From Bacteroidota bacterium (GTDB taxonomy: Bacteria > Bacteroidota > Bacteroidia > NS11-12g > UBA9320), in contig JAIBDD010000003.1 of NCBI GenBank assembly GCA_024679565.1, positions 42,773-106,772 on the forward strand: a stretch of DNA of 64,000 bases, in the 5' to 3' direction. Position numbers and translations under genes: made by a program. Within the stretch, counting starts at the first letter, position 1. Every line of letters starts with the position of its first letter. The notes under the pieces were generated by a model, which searched no databases, had not been told where the DNA came from, and was given only the letters and a program-made list of their open reading frames with translations. Shown piece by piece: positions 9,865 to 18,640 of the stretch.

Positions 9865-11398
9865 CCGCCACTTGTTTCGCACACGCAATGCCATCCAACG
9901 CAGCCGACATAATACCTCCTGCATAACCAGCGCCTTCCCCACACGGATACAATCCTTTAATATCAGGATGCTCAAGTGTAGCTCTATCACGAGGAATACG
10001 TACCGGTGATGACGTACGAGATTCAACACCGACTAGCATCGCATCGTTACTGTTATACCCTTTAAGTCGTTTTCCAAAGTGTTGTATCGCAGGTCCGATA
10101 CGTGAATGAACCATAGGTGGCAATACGTGTCGTAGATCCACTGATTCTACGCCAGGTATGTACGAGGTCTCTGCCAACGACGTCGATCGCTTATTTCGCA
10201 CAAAATCGTTGACACGTTGTGCAGGTGCTTGTAAGTTTGATCCTCCAGCTACAAAAGCACGCTTTTCTACTTCTGCCTGAAACTGCATAGCACCTAGAGG
10301 ATTATCCTTGCCAAACTTCGCCCAATCTTCTGGCCTTATTTCAACGACAAAACCACTGTTCGCAAACTCTCCATTTCTTTTGCTTGGCGACCATCCGTTC
10401 ACCACCACTTCGTCGCTTGCTGTCATTGCCGGAGCTATGATTCCTCCAGGACACATACAGAACGAAAACACCCCACGCCCCTTAACTTGATGTACTAAAG
10501 AATAGCTGGCGGGCGGCAAATAATCTCCTCGCGTTGCACATTTATATTGAATTTGGTCAATGAGTGTTTGTGAGTGCTCTATTCGCACGCCAAGTGCAAA
10601 AGGCTTCGCCTCAATTGCAACTTGCTGTTTATGCAACAGTTTAAAAACGTCACGTGCCGAATGCCCGGTGGCTAGAATCACATGATTGGTTTTTATCGTT
10701 CCTTGATTTGTAACTACACCGTTGATTTTTGCATCATCGATATCAAGACCGGTAAGCTTGGTATTAAATCTAACTTCTCCGCCATTGGAAATTATCGTTG
10801 CTCTTATTTCACTTACAATTTCGGGCAGTTTATTTGTTCCAATATGCGGATGGGCTTCATACAATATATGGTCTGGTGCCCCATGATTAACAAAGGTTTG
10901 AAGCACCTGCTTAATCTCACCCCTTTTCTTACTCCGCGTATACAACTTGCCGTCTGAAAATGTGCCGGCTCCGCCTTCACCAAAGCAATAATTGCTATCG
11001 ATGTGCACTTCTTGCTTTCTAAATATATCAACTAAATTTCGGCGGCGCTCTTTAACAGGTTTGCCCCGCTCAATCACAATTGGTTTGATTCCAGATTCAA
11101 GTAATTGCAAGGCTGCGAACATACCCGCAGGACCAAAACCAACAACAACTGCTGTATCAGAGTTGCTGCTTTTGCTTGGTGTAAATGTTGGTTGTACGTC
11201 AAATGCTTCTTGTTGTAATGAAACTCTAAATCGATTGACTATCGGCTCTTTACGAGCATCTAACGACTTTTTATCAATGCGATAATACCATCCGTCTAAA
11301 CTGCGGAGTCGGGCAAATTTGCATATGGCACGCTCGATTGCCTCCACCTTGGCAGACTCCTTCAAAGACAGCTTAAATTCAATTGATTTTTGACTCAA
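9857..11398 (-). CDS. NAD(P)/FAD-dependent oxidoreductase (COG2509-like)
   Basis: Dinucleotide-binding motif VVVGFGPAGMFAALQL. The C-terminus carries CGEGAGYAGGIMSAALDG. It is 513 aa. Confidence 0.8.
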   Translation of the reverse strand: MSQKSIEFKLSLKESAKVEAIERAICKFARLRSLDGWYYRIDKKSLDARKEPIVNRFRVSLQQEAFDVQPTFTPSKSSNSDTAVVVGFGPAGMFAALQLLESGIKPIVIERGKPVKERRRNLVDIFRKQEVHIDSNYCFGEGGAGTFSDGKLYTRSKKRGEIKQVLQTFVNHGAPDHILYEAHPHIGTNKLPEIVSEIRATIISNGGEVRFNTKLTGLDIDDAKINGVVTNQGTIKTNHVILATGHSARDVFKLLHKQQVAIEAKPFALGVRIEHSQTLIDQIQYKCATRGDYLPPASYSLVHQVKGRGVFSFCMCPGGIIAPAMTASDEVVVNGWSPSKRNGEFANSGFVVEIRPEDWAKFGKDNPLGAMQFQAEVEKRAFVAGGSNLQAPAQRVNDFVRNKRSTSLAETSYIPGVESVDLRHVLPPMVHSRIGPAIQHFGKRLKGYNSNDAMLVGVESRTSSPVRIPRDRATLEHPDIKGLYPCGEGAGYAGGIMSAALDGIACAKQVAVN

Positions 11399-11477
11399 AA
11401 TTATTATCCATTAACTATCCACAAATATTTACATAAATGAATATAATAAGCACCTTTGTGACTTAAATTATCCCGCT

Positions 11478-12323
11478 TTGAAGACTGTAGCTGAATTAAA
11501 CGACATCGTAAAACAAGTTCGACGTGACATAGTACGCATGGTACATGCTGTACAATCAGGTCACCCCGGAGGTTCTTTAGGTTGTGCTGAATATTTTACC
11601 GTGTTGTATCAAAACACCATGTCACATTCTGCCGTACCTTTTAATATGGACGGCAAAAATGAAGATGTTTTTGTTTTAAGCAACGGCCATATCAGCCCAG
11701 TGTTTTATTCAACTCTGGCACACTCAGGGTATTTCGACAAAAGCGAATTAGCGACCTTCAGGAAGTTAGAATCTAGACTGCAAGGTCATCCAGCAACTGA
11801 AGAAGGTTTGCCTGGCATTCGTATCGCTTCAGGTTCGTTAGGACAAGGATTGTCTGTTTCCGTTGGAATTGCGCAGTCCAAAAAACTAAACAAAGATGCC
11901 CATAACGTATATGTTTTAATGGGCGATGGCGAATTGCAAGAAGGCCAGAACTGGGAAGCCATAATGTATGCAGGTCATAATAAGGTAGACAACCTTATCG
12001 CTACCGTTGATTTTAACAAAGCACAGATAGACGGATCTACAACCGACATCATGGGTTTCCACGAGCTAAATTCCAAATTCGAATCCTTCGGGTGGGATGT
12101 AATGGAAATGGACGGAAACGACGTAGAATCAGTAAACGCAGGCCTTGAAGAAGCAAAAACCAGAAGCGGAAATGGTAAGCCAGTGGTGATCATCATGAAA
12201 ACAGAAATGGGCAACGGAGTTGACTTCATGATGGGCTCTCATAAGTGGCACGGTATCCCACCAAACGATGAGCAATTAGCCTCCGCTTTAGACCAGAATA
12301 TCTCAACTATCGGCGATTATTAG
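11478..12323 (+). CDS. transketolase, N-terminal (TPP-binding) subunit of a split enzyme
   Basis: Motifs SGHPGGSLG, GSLGQGLS and GDGELQEGQNWEA. It is 281 aa with a TTG start. Confidence 0.9.
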   Translation: MKTVAELNDIVKQVRRDIVRMVHAVQSGHPGGSLGCAEYFTVLYQNTMSHSAVPFNMDGKNEDVFVLSNGHISPVFYSTLAHSGYFDKSELATFRKLESRLQGHPATEEGLPGIRIASGSLGQGLSVSVGIAQSKKLNKDAHNVYVLMGDGELQEGQNWEAIMYAGHNKVDNLIATVDFNKAQIDGSTTDIMGFHELNSKFESFGWDVMEMDGNDVESVNAGLEEAKTRSGNGKPVVIIMKTEMGNGVDFMMGSHKWHGIPPNDEQLASALDQNISTIGDY

Positions 12324-12370
12324 TTGATGTAGCACACTATTTGATGTCTCTCTTAGGTTATAAGCAATAT

Positions 12371-13732
12371 ATGAAACATGTTATTTTAATATGTTTTGCT
12401 GTGCTCCTAAGTGTAAAGGGCATTGGTCAAACATCAGAACCACAAACTCGAATATTATTCTTGTTTGACGCATCTTTTAGTATGACGAATAAGATGGGTC
12501 GCAATGATTCGAGGATGAAAGTAGCTAAAAAGTTACTGGGCAGAATGGTTGATAGTCTTGAAAAAATTGATGGATTAGAAATTGCATTGCGCGTTTATGG
12601 TCATCAGTACACAACCAAAGATTACAACTGTAAAGACACAAAACTAGAGGTAGGATTTAGCCCTAACAATCACGAACAAATAAAAAGTCGGCTTAACGAG
12701 ATTAAACCAAGTGGCACCACACTTATTGCCTACTCCCTCGAACAAGCTGCCTACGACTTTCCTGTTAACAGCAATTCTCGAAACATTGTAATTCTTATTA
12801 CAGATGGCATTGAAGAGTGCAATGGCGACCCTTGTGCCGTTTCACAAGCCTTACAGAAACAAGGTGTTTTACTCAAGCCCTTTATTATTGGTGTTGGTTT
12901 AAACGAGGATTTCAGAAAACAGTTTGACTGCGTCGGTAAATATTTCGAAGCCACAACAGAAGCTGAGTTTAAAGAAACACTGGCCATTGTTGTATCTCAG
13001 GCATTAAGCAATACAACCATTACGGTTAACTTAAACAATACCGATGGACAGCCATTGGAAACGAACGTGAATATGTCGTTCGTTGATGCTTATTCTGGAA
13101 AGTTTATAGCCAATTATGTACACACGATGAATCGGAAAGGCTTCCCAGACACTTTATATATTGACCCGATTTACGACTACGACATTATCATTCATACCAT
13201 TCCACCTCTGGTAAAAAAACAAGTCTCAGTACCTGCTGGCAAGCATACAACAGTCGACTTTGATGCACCACAAGGCAATTTGGAATTAAATGTTGGAGGT
13301 GTTTCAGGTTATAAAAATTTACAAGCCCTAATATACAAACCCGGCACCAAGCAGATTGTACATGTACAGTCGTTCAACACGAAGGAGCCATATATTACAG
13401 GAAAGTATGACATTGAAATCCTCAGTTTGCCAAGGGTTTTCAAAAACGACATTCCAATTGTTCAATCCAAAAAGACAAATCTTAGGATTCCTCAACCCGG
13501 CAGTGTTAACCTAATTACCAAAACACGGTATTGGGGCGATATCTACCAAATAAAAGGCGATTCTAGTGAATGGGTATGCAATATAGACCTCGACGGAAAT
13601 AGCCGTTTCATCGCTATGCAACCAGGAAGTTATGTGCTCGTATTGCGTGGCAAAACAGATACAAATATTGAGAACTCTAAAGAAGAGAAGTTCATAATAA
13701 ATTCAGGAAAGGTAACAAACATCAAAATTTAG
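12371..13732 (+). CDS. secreted von Willebrand factor type A domain protein
   Basis: Signal peptide MKHVILICFAVLLSVKG. The MIDAS motif is DASFSM. The C-terminal part is beta-rich. I chose the ATG at 12371; the ORF track starts at 12341. Confidence 0.75.
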   Translation: MKHVILICFAVLLSVKGIGQTSEPQTRILFLFDASFSMTNKMGRNDSRMKVAKKLLGRMVDSLEKIDGLEIALRVYGHQYTTKDYNCKDTKLEVGFSPNNHEQIKSRLNEIKPSGTTLIAYSLEQAAYDFPVNSNSRNIVILITDGIEECNGDPCAVSQALQKQGVLLKPFIIGVGLNEDFRKQFDCVGKYFEATTEAEFKETLAIVVSQALSNTTITVNLNNTDGQPLETNVNMSFVDAYSGKFIANYVHTMNRKGFPDTLYIDPIYDYDIIIHTIPPLVKKQVSVPAGKHTTVDFDAPQGNLELNVGGVSGYKNLQALIYKPGTKQIVHVQSFNTKEPYITGKYDIEILSLPRVFKNDIPIVQSKKTNLRIPQPGSVNLITKTRYWGDIYQIKGDSSEWVCNIDLDGNSRFIAMQPGSYVLVLRGKTDTNIENSKEEKFIINSGKVTNIKI

Positions 13733-13738
13733 TAATCA

Positions 13739-14698
13739 ATGGTCAACACTGAAGTTTTAGAAAAAAAAGACACCCGCTCAGGATTCGGCGCAGGACTGCT
13801 CGAATTAGGCAAAACAAACCCTGAAGTTGTAGCACTTTGTGCCGACTTAACTGGGTCACTCAAGATGAATGCATTTGAGGATGAATTTCCAGAGCGATTT
13901 TTTCAGGCTGGCATCGCCGAAGCCAATATGATTGGCATGGCTGCAGGTTTAGCCACAGGAGGCAAAATACCGTTTACTGGAACCTTTGCTAACTTTTCCA
14001 CCGGACGTGTTTACGATCAGATACGACAATCGGTAGCGTACTCCGAAAAAAATGTAAAAATATGTGCTTCACACGCGGGTCTTACCTTAGGCGAAGATGG
14101 AGCAACCCATCAAATATTGGAGGACATTGGATTAATGAAAATGTTACCCAATATGGTGGTAATAAACCCTTGCGATTACAACCAGACTAAGGCTGCGACC
14201 ATTGCCATAGCTGAACATCACGGACCATGTTACCTTCGATTTGGTCGTCCAAAGTGGCCAGTTTTTACCGACCCAAATCAAAAGTTTGAAATAGGAAAAG
14301 CATGGACGATTCAAGAAGGAACTGATGTTACTATTTTTGCAACCGGCCATTTGGTTTGGAAAGCAATGGAAGCTGCAAACGAATTAGAACAACAAGGCCT
14401 ATCTGTAGAATTGATAAACATTCATACAATTAAACCCCTTGACGATGCTGCGATATTAAAATCTGCTGCAAAAACAGGATGTGTTGTTACTGCAGAAGAA
14501 CACCAGATGAATGGTGGATTAGGTGACTCTGTATGCCAATTGTTGGCGCGCAACACCCCTACCCCAGTTGAAATGGTAGCCGTTAACGACCAGTTTGGCG
14601 AAAGTGGCAAACCTGAACAACTATTAGACAAATATGGTTTAGGTACAGTCGACATTGTAAATGCTGTTCAAAAAGTGATTACACGTAAAAATGGATAA
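13739..14698 (+). CDS. transketolase, C-terminal (pyrimidine-binding) subunit
   Basis: Motif [19 protein letters not shown] and a transketolase C-domain. It is 319 aa. Confidence 0.9.
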   Translation: MVNTEVLEKKDTRSGFGAGLLELGKTNPEVVALCADLTGSLKMNAFEDEFPERFFQAGIAEANMIGMAAGLATGGKIPFTGTFANFSTGRVYDQIRQSVAYSEKNVKICASHAGLTLGEDGATHQILEDIGLMKMLPNMVVINPCDYNQTKAATIAIAEHHGPCYLRFGRPKWPVFTDPNQKFEIGKAWTIQEGTDVTIFATGHLVWKAMEAANELEQQGLSVELINIHTIKPLDDAAILKSAAKTGCVVTAEEHQMNGGLGDSVCQLLARNTPTPVEMVAVNDQFGESGKPEQLLDKYGLGTVDIVNAVQKVITRKNG

Positions 14699-15506
14699 CA
14701 GACAGACACCAATTGAAGCGATTTGGGATAACCGTGAGTTACTCAAGGAGGAATCAAGCAAAGAATTAATCCGCACCGTTATTGCCGACTTAGATTCAGG
14801 TAAACTTAGGTGTGCCTCACCCTCTGCAGACGGCTGGGTAGTGAATGACTGGGTTAAGAAAGCTGTAATACTATACTTCCCTATCCAAAAAATGGAAGTA
14901 AGTCATGCAGGACCAATGGAGTTCCATGACAAAATGGAGCTAAAGAAAAATTATAAAGAACTTGGCATACGCGTAGTACCACATGCCGTATCGCGCTATG
15001 GTAGCTACATTGCACCTGGTGTTGTTTTGATGCCCAGTTATGTAAATATTGGCGCGTTTGTTGATTCAGGATCGATGGTTGATACATGGGCAACTGTGGG
15101 TAGCTGTGCACAAATCGGAAAAAACGTACACCTTTCGGGTGGCGTTGGTATCGGTGGAGTGTTAGAACCCGTACAAGCTGCTCCTGTCATCATTGAAGAC
15201 AACTGTTTTATCGGTTCAAGATCTATTATCGTAGAAGGTGTTCATGTTGGGTCAGAGGCTGTAATTGGAGCGGGTGTAACGCTAACCATGTCGACAAAGA
15301 TCATTGACGTGAGTGGCGAAGAGCCTAAAGAATACAATGGTTATGTACCACCACGTTCTGTTGTAATCCCTGGCATGCGAACAAAGAAGTTTCCAGCAGG
15401 AGAATATCAAGTACCAGTGGCTTTGATTATTGGTCAGCGAAAAGCTAGTACCGACAAAAAAACGAGTTTAAACTCTGCACTGAGGGAGTTTGATGTGGCG
15501 GTTTAA
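14691..15506 (+). CDS. dapD: 2,3,4,5-tetrahydropyridine-2,6-dicarboxylate N-succinyltransferase
   Basis: Left-handed beta-helix hexapeptide repeats ([40 protein letters not shown]). It is 271 aa. Confidence 0.88.
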   Translation: MDNRQTPIEAIWDNRELLKEESSKELIRTVIADLDSGKLRCASPSADGWVVNDWVKKAVILYFPIQKMEVSHAGPMEFHDKMELKKNYKELGIRVVPHAVSRYGSYIAPGVVLMPSYVNIGAFVDSGSMVDTWATVGSCAQIGKNVHLSGGVGIGGVLEPVQAAPVIIEDNCFIGSRSIIVEGVHVGSEAVIGAGVTLTMSTKIIDVSGEEPKEYNGYVPPRSVVIPGMRTKKFPAGEYQVPVALIIGQRKASTDKKTSLNSALREFDVAV

Positions 15507-15675
15507 TAATTAATAATTTTAAGTTATTAATCATTAATTATTAAGGGCTTGCTGCAGTCTAGCGTCATGCAAGTAATTCGCAATAAATTCAGCCCTCGAG
15601 TATGTATGGGCCAGCTTTCCCCAAATTGATAATCATTATTCGTTAATCAATAATCGTTCATTGTTAATTAATATT
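15504..15675. repeat. two AT-rich TAAT-word blocks (15504-15544 and 15627-15675) flanking a GC-richer core of about 80 nt
   Basis: The left block starts at the dapD stop codon. The right block ends 6 nt before the glycosyltransferase ATG. The core contains GGGCT...AGCCC and CTTGC...GCAAG pairings. Confidence 0.6.
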
Positions 15676-15680
15676 GCGCC

Positions 15681-16775
15681 ATGCGAATTGGCTATGATGC
15701 AAAACGGTATTTTCACAACCGAACTGGATTAGGAAACTACTCCCGAACGTTGGTGAACGGCATGATGGCTCAGTATCCTGCGCACGAGTACAGCCTATTT
15801 GACAAAAAAGCACCCAAACACATTGACCTACCTGCACAAATCGTTTCAAAACGCAATACGGCTTTATTTTGGCGTCAATTTGGTATTTCGAAAGACATCA
15901 ATAATAAAGGCCTAGATGTTTACCACGGATTGAGTGCTGAATTGCCTTACTCCAGACCCAAAAAGGCAAAGCTTGTAGTTACGATTCATGATTTGATATT
16001 CAAGAAATTCCCTGAGTATTACAAAACTGTAGACCGCTTAATTTATGCGCATAAAACGGAAAACGCACTTAGAAGTGCAGATGTCGTTATAGCTACCAGC
16101 AAACAAACCAAGGCAGATTTACAAAACATGATGCCAGATGACGAAATACCCATTGAGGTGATTTATCAAGATTGTGACCCTATATTCTATGCGCATCACG
16201 GCGAATCTGGATTGGCCAAGGTGGTAAAAAAATATGGACTACCGGAAACCTATATCTTGATGGTAAGTAAATTCGAAAAACGCAAGAATCATCTTAATGT
16301 GTTAAAAGCTATACTCTCGTTACCCAATGATTCGATTCCTGTGGTTATGGCAGGCAAAAAAGGAGACACGTACGACGAAGTTCAAGCGTTTATCGCATCA
16401 AACAAACTGACATCAAGAGTTACGTTAATCGAAGACGTGCCTACCCAGGATTTGCCGAAATTATACAGTTGCGCAACTGCAACGATATTTCCTAGTTTGT
16501 ATGAAGGGTTTGGGATTCCTGTTTTAGAAAGCCTTGTTTCGGGCACCCCGGTTATTACCAGTGCGAATAGTTGTATGGAAGAAATTGCAGGTGATGCCGC
16601 ATTGTATTTTAACCCAGAAGACCCTGAAAGCATTGCTTATTCTATCAAACAAATTGAAGACACAATGACACTTGACGGTCTAAATCTCTACATACCTAAA
16701 CGTATAGAGCCATTTAGTGACACCAATATTTTAGTTCAACATAATTCATTATATATGCGCTTATGCTCGAAGTAG
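15681..16775 (+). CDS. glycosyltransferase family 4 (GT-B)
   Basis: E-x7-E region PSLYEGFGIPVLESLVSGTPVITS. It is 364 aa. Confidence 0.85.
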   Translation: MRIGYDAKRYFHNRTGLGNYSRTLVNGMMAQYPAHEYSLFDKKAPKHIDLPAQIVSKRNTALFWRQFGISKDINNKGLDVYHGLSAELPYSRPKKAKLVVTIHDLIFKKFPEYYKTVDRLIYAHKTENALRSADVVIATSKQTKADLQNMMPDDEIPIEVIYQDCDPIFYAHHGESGLAKVVKKYGLPETYILMVSKFEKRKNHLNVLKAILSLPNDSIPVVMAGKKGDTYDEVQAFIASNKLTSRVTLIEDVPTQDLPKLYSCATATIFPSLYEGFGIPVLESLVSGTPVITSANSCMEEIAGDAALYFNPEDPESIAYSIKQIEDTMTLDGLNLYIPKRIEPFSDTNILVQHNSLYMRLCSK

Positions 16776-17599
16776 GTCAATATCACACCTTAACCGTTTT
16801 AAGAGACACCAGTGTTGGAATGTTTCTGGGTGATTTAAAAGGAAACGAAATATTGTTACCCTTAAAATACATCCCTAAAGGACTAGCCATAGACGATAGC
16901 ATTGAGGTTTTTGTTTACAAAGACTCTGAGGATCGACCTATTGCCACAACACTTAAACCATTAGCCTTGCCAGGTGAATTTGCTGTATTAATGGTCAATG
17001 ACGTGTCTAGCTTTGGTGCATTTTTAGAAATGGGTCTTGAAAAAGAATTACTGGTACCTTACAAAGAACAAAACCAAAATCTAACACGAGGTAAGAAGGT
17101 TCTGGTTTATGTTTATTTGGATGAACTTACCAATAGATTAGTGGCGTCGTGCAAAACCAACAAGTTTGTTGAAAGAAACGACATCGTGTTGGAAGTCAAT
17201 GAAGAAGTCAGTGTACTTATTGGTCCACGGACCGATATGGGCACAAACGTAATCATCAACAATACGTACGCGGGTCTTTTGTATGACAATGAAGTTTTTA
17301 AGAAGTTACATCTTGGGGATAAAACAACCGGGTATATTCACAAACTTCGGGAAGACGGCAAGATTGATGTTAGACTTCAACCAGCTGGGTTTGAAAACAT
17401 CGACGCTTTTGAGCAACAACTCCTTGATGCAATTAACAAACATGATGGCAAACTGCCTATTGGAGATAAATCTCCACCCGAGAAAATATATGAAATCGCG
17501 GGCATGAGTAAAAAGAATTTCAAAAAAGCTGCAGGTGGTTTGTATCGCAAAAGAATAATCACCATGTCACCACAGGAGTTGGAATTAGTTAAAAACTAA
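16763..17599 (+). CDS. S1 RNA-binding domain protein (CvfB/YitL family)
   Basis: Tandem S1-like modules and a C-terminal winged-helix-like tail (MSKKNFKKAAGGLYRKRII). It is 278 aa. Confidence 0.75.
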   Translation: MLEVGQYHTLTVLRDTSVGMFLGDLKGNEILLPLKYIPKGLAIDDSIEVFVYKDSEDRPIATTLKPLALPGEFAVLMVNDVSSFGAFLEMGLEKELLVPYKEQNQNLTRGKKVLVYVYLDELTNRLVASCKTNKFVERNDIVLEVNEEVSVLIGPRTDMGTNVIINNTYAGLLYDNEVFKKLHLGDKTTGYIHKLREDGKIDVRLQPAGFENIDAFEQQLLDAINKHDGKLPIGDKSPPEKIYEIAGMSKKNFKKAAGGLYRKRIITMSPQELELVKN

Positions 17600-17636
17600 C
17601 ATATAATTATTCTGGTTTTTGTTAGATTGCGTGTAG

Positions 17637-18296
17637 ATGCAGTTGAACCAGATCATACGGGTAATTATATGCTTGATAGCCGTATTAGTCGTTAATCCGA
17701 CGTTCGGACAATCGGTCAAAAATCAAAAAGTTATTAATCTCCACGCAGGATCTAGTCTCGTTGGCGGTGCCATTGATTTGATTGTTGGCTCTGGAGAAGA
17801 GATTGATACGGACACTACAAACAACTTTGTTGAAATTAACAATTCCTCCGTTTCTGGTGGGCGCGCTTTGCTAGTTGGATTTGACTACGGATTGTCATCT
17901 CGCTGGAGCCTTGGAGGCTTTTTTTCTACTCAAAGACGGCACGGCACAACGGAGTTTAGCTATGAAGATGCTTCTAGTGTTATTCAAACAGAAACTATCA
18001 AATTCAATTTAAGAAGAAATAGTATTGGATTTACCCCTAAGGTGCATTATGGTAATAGAGATCGTATTGATTTGTACTCTGGTGTGCGCATGGGTTGGTT
18101 ATTTTGGGTGAACAGCATAGAATCGACTTCTGGGAAATTCGATTTGTTCGATGACATGATTACCTCTAGACCTTTCTTCGGGTTAACTGCCTTTGGGGCT
18201 CGTGTTTACCCAACAGACAACATTGGTTTAAATTTCGAATTAAATTTAGGTGCTCCAAACATCATTGGACTCGGCGCTGTTATCAAACTTCCTTAA
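17637..18296 (+). CDS. small outer-membrane beta-barrel protein
   Basis: It has a signal peptide, alternating aromatic/hydrophobic strands and glycine-rich turns. Confidence 0.55.
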   Translation: MQLNQIIRVIICLIAVLVVNPTFGQSVKNQKVINLHAGSSLVGGAIDLIVGSGEEIDTDTTNNFVEINNSSVSGGRALLVGFDYGLSSRWSLGGFFSTQRRHGTTEFSYEDASSVIQTETIKFNLRRNSIGFTPKVHYGNRDRIDLYSGVRMGWLFWVNSIESTSGKFDLFDDMITSRPFFGLTAFGARVYPTDNIGLNFELNLGAPNIIGLGAVIKLP

Positions 18297-18476
18297 GGTC
18301 TATTTCGTCCTTTTATTTCAGGCTTTTACAGTCGTGTCAGAACAACGACATTCTAATGACGTGAATCTTACAACCTTTATAACATACGTGCGTTTATAGA
18401 ACAACTGCTTGCAATAGCAGGTACAAAACAAGTTTAATAGTGGTAAATTAAATTTTAGTTTTAGTTTTTGGTTACG

Positions 18477-18510
18477 AAAGGGGAATCTTAGGGTTCCCTT
18501 TTTGTTTTGG
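18477..18510 (+). terminator. candidate rho-independent terminator
   Basis: AAAGGGGA-loop-TTCCCTTT hairpin with one G-U pair, followed by TTTTTGTTTT. Confidence 0.5.
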
Positions 18511-18574
18511 ATACGCCCTCAGTTTAATTTGTATTCTTTCTAAATAAATGCCCCTACATAGCTGGGGAAAACAA

Positions 18575-18608
18575 TTGCTTTATTCTTTTTAAAAACCCCT
18601 TATTTTTG
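18575..18608 (+). promoter_or_regulatory. candidate Bacteroidota promoter for the oxidase operon (TTG ... TATTTTTG)
   Basis: The -7 box TATTTTTG is at 18601-18608. A TTG lies 23 nt upstream. The ATG at 18641 is 33 nt downstream. Confidence 0.4.
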
Positions 18609-18640
18609 CCAAAATTTCAGGGAAGGCAAAGGATATACAG

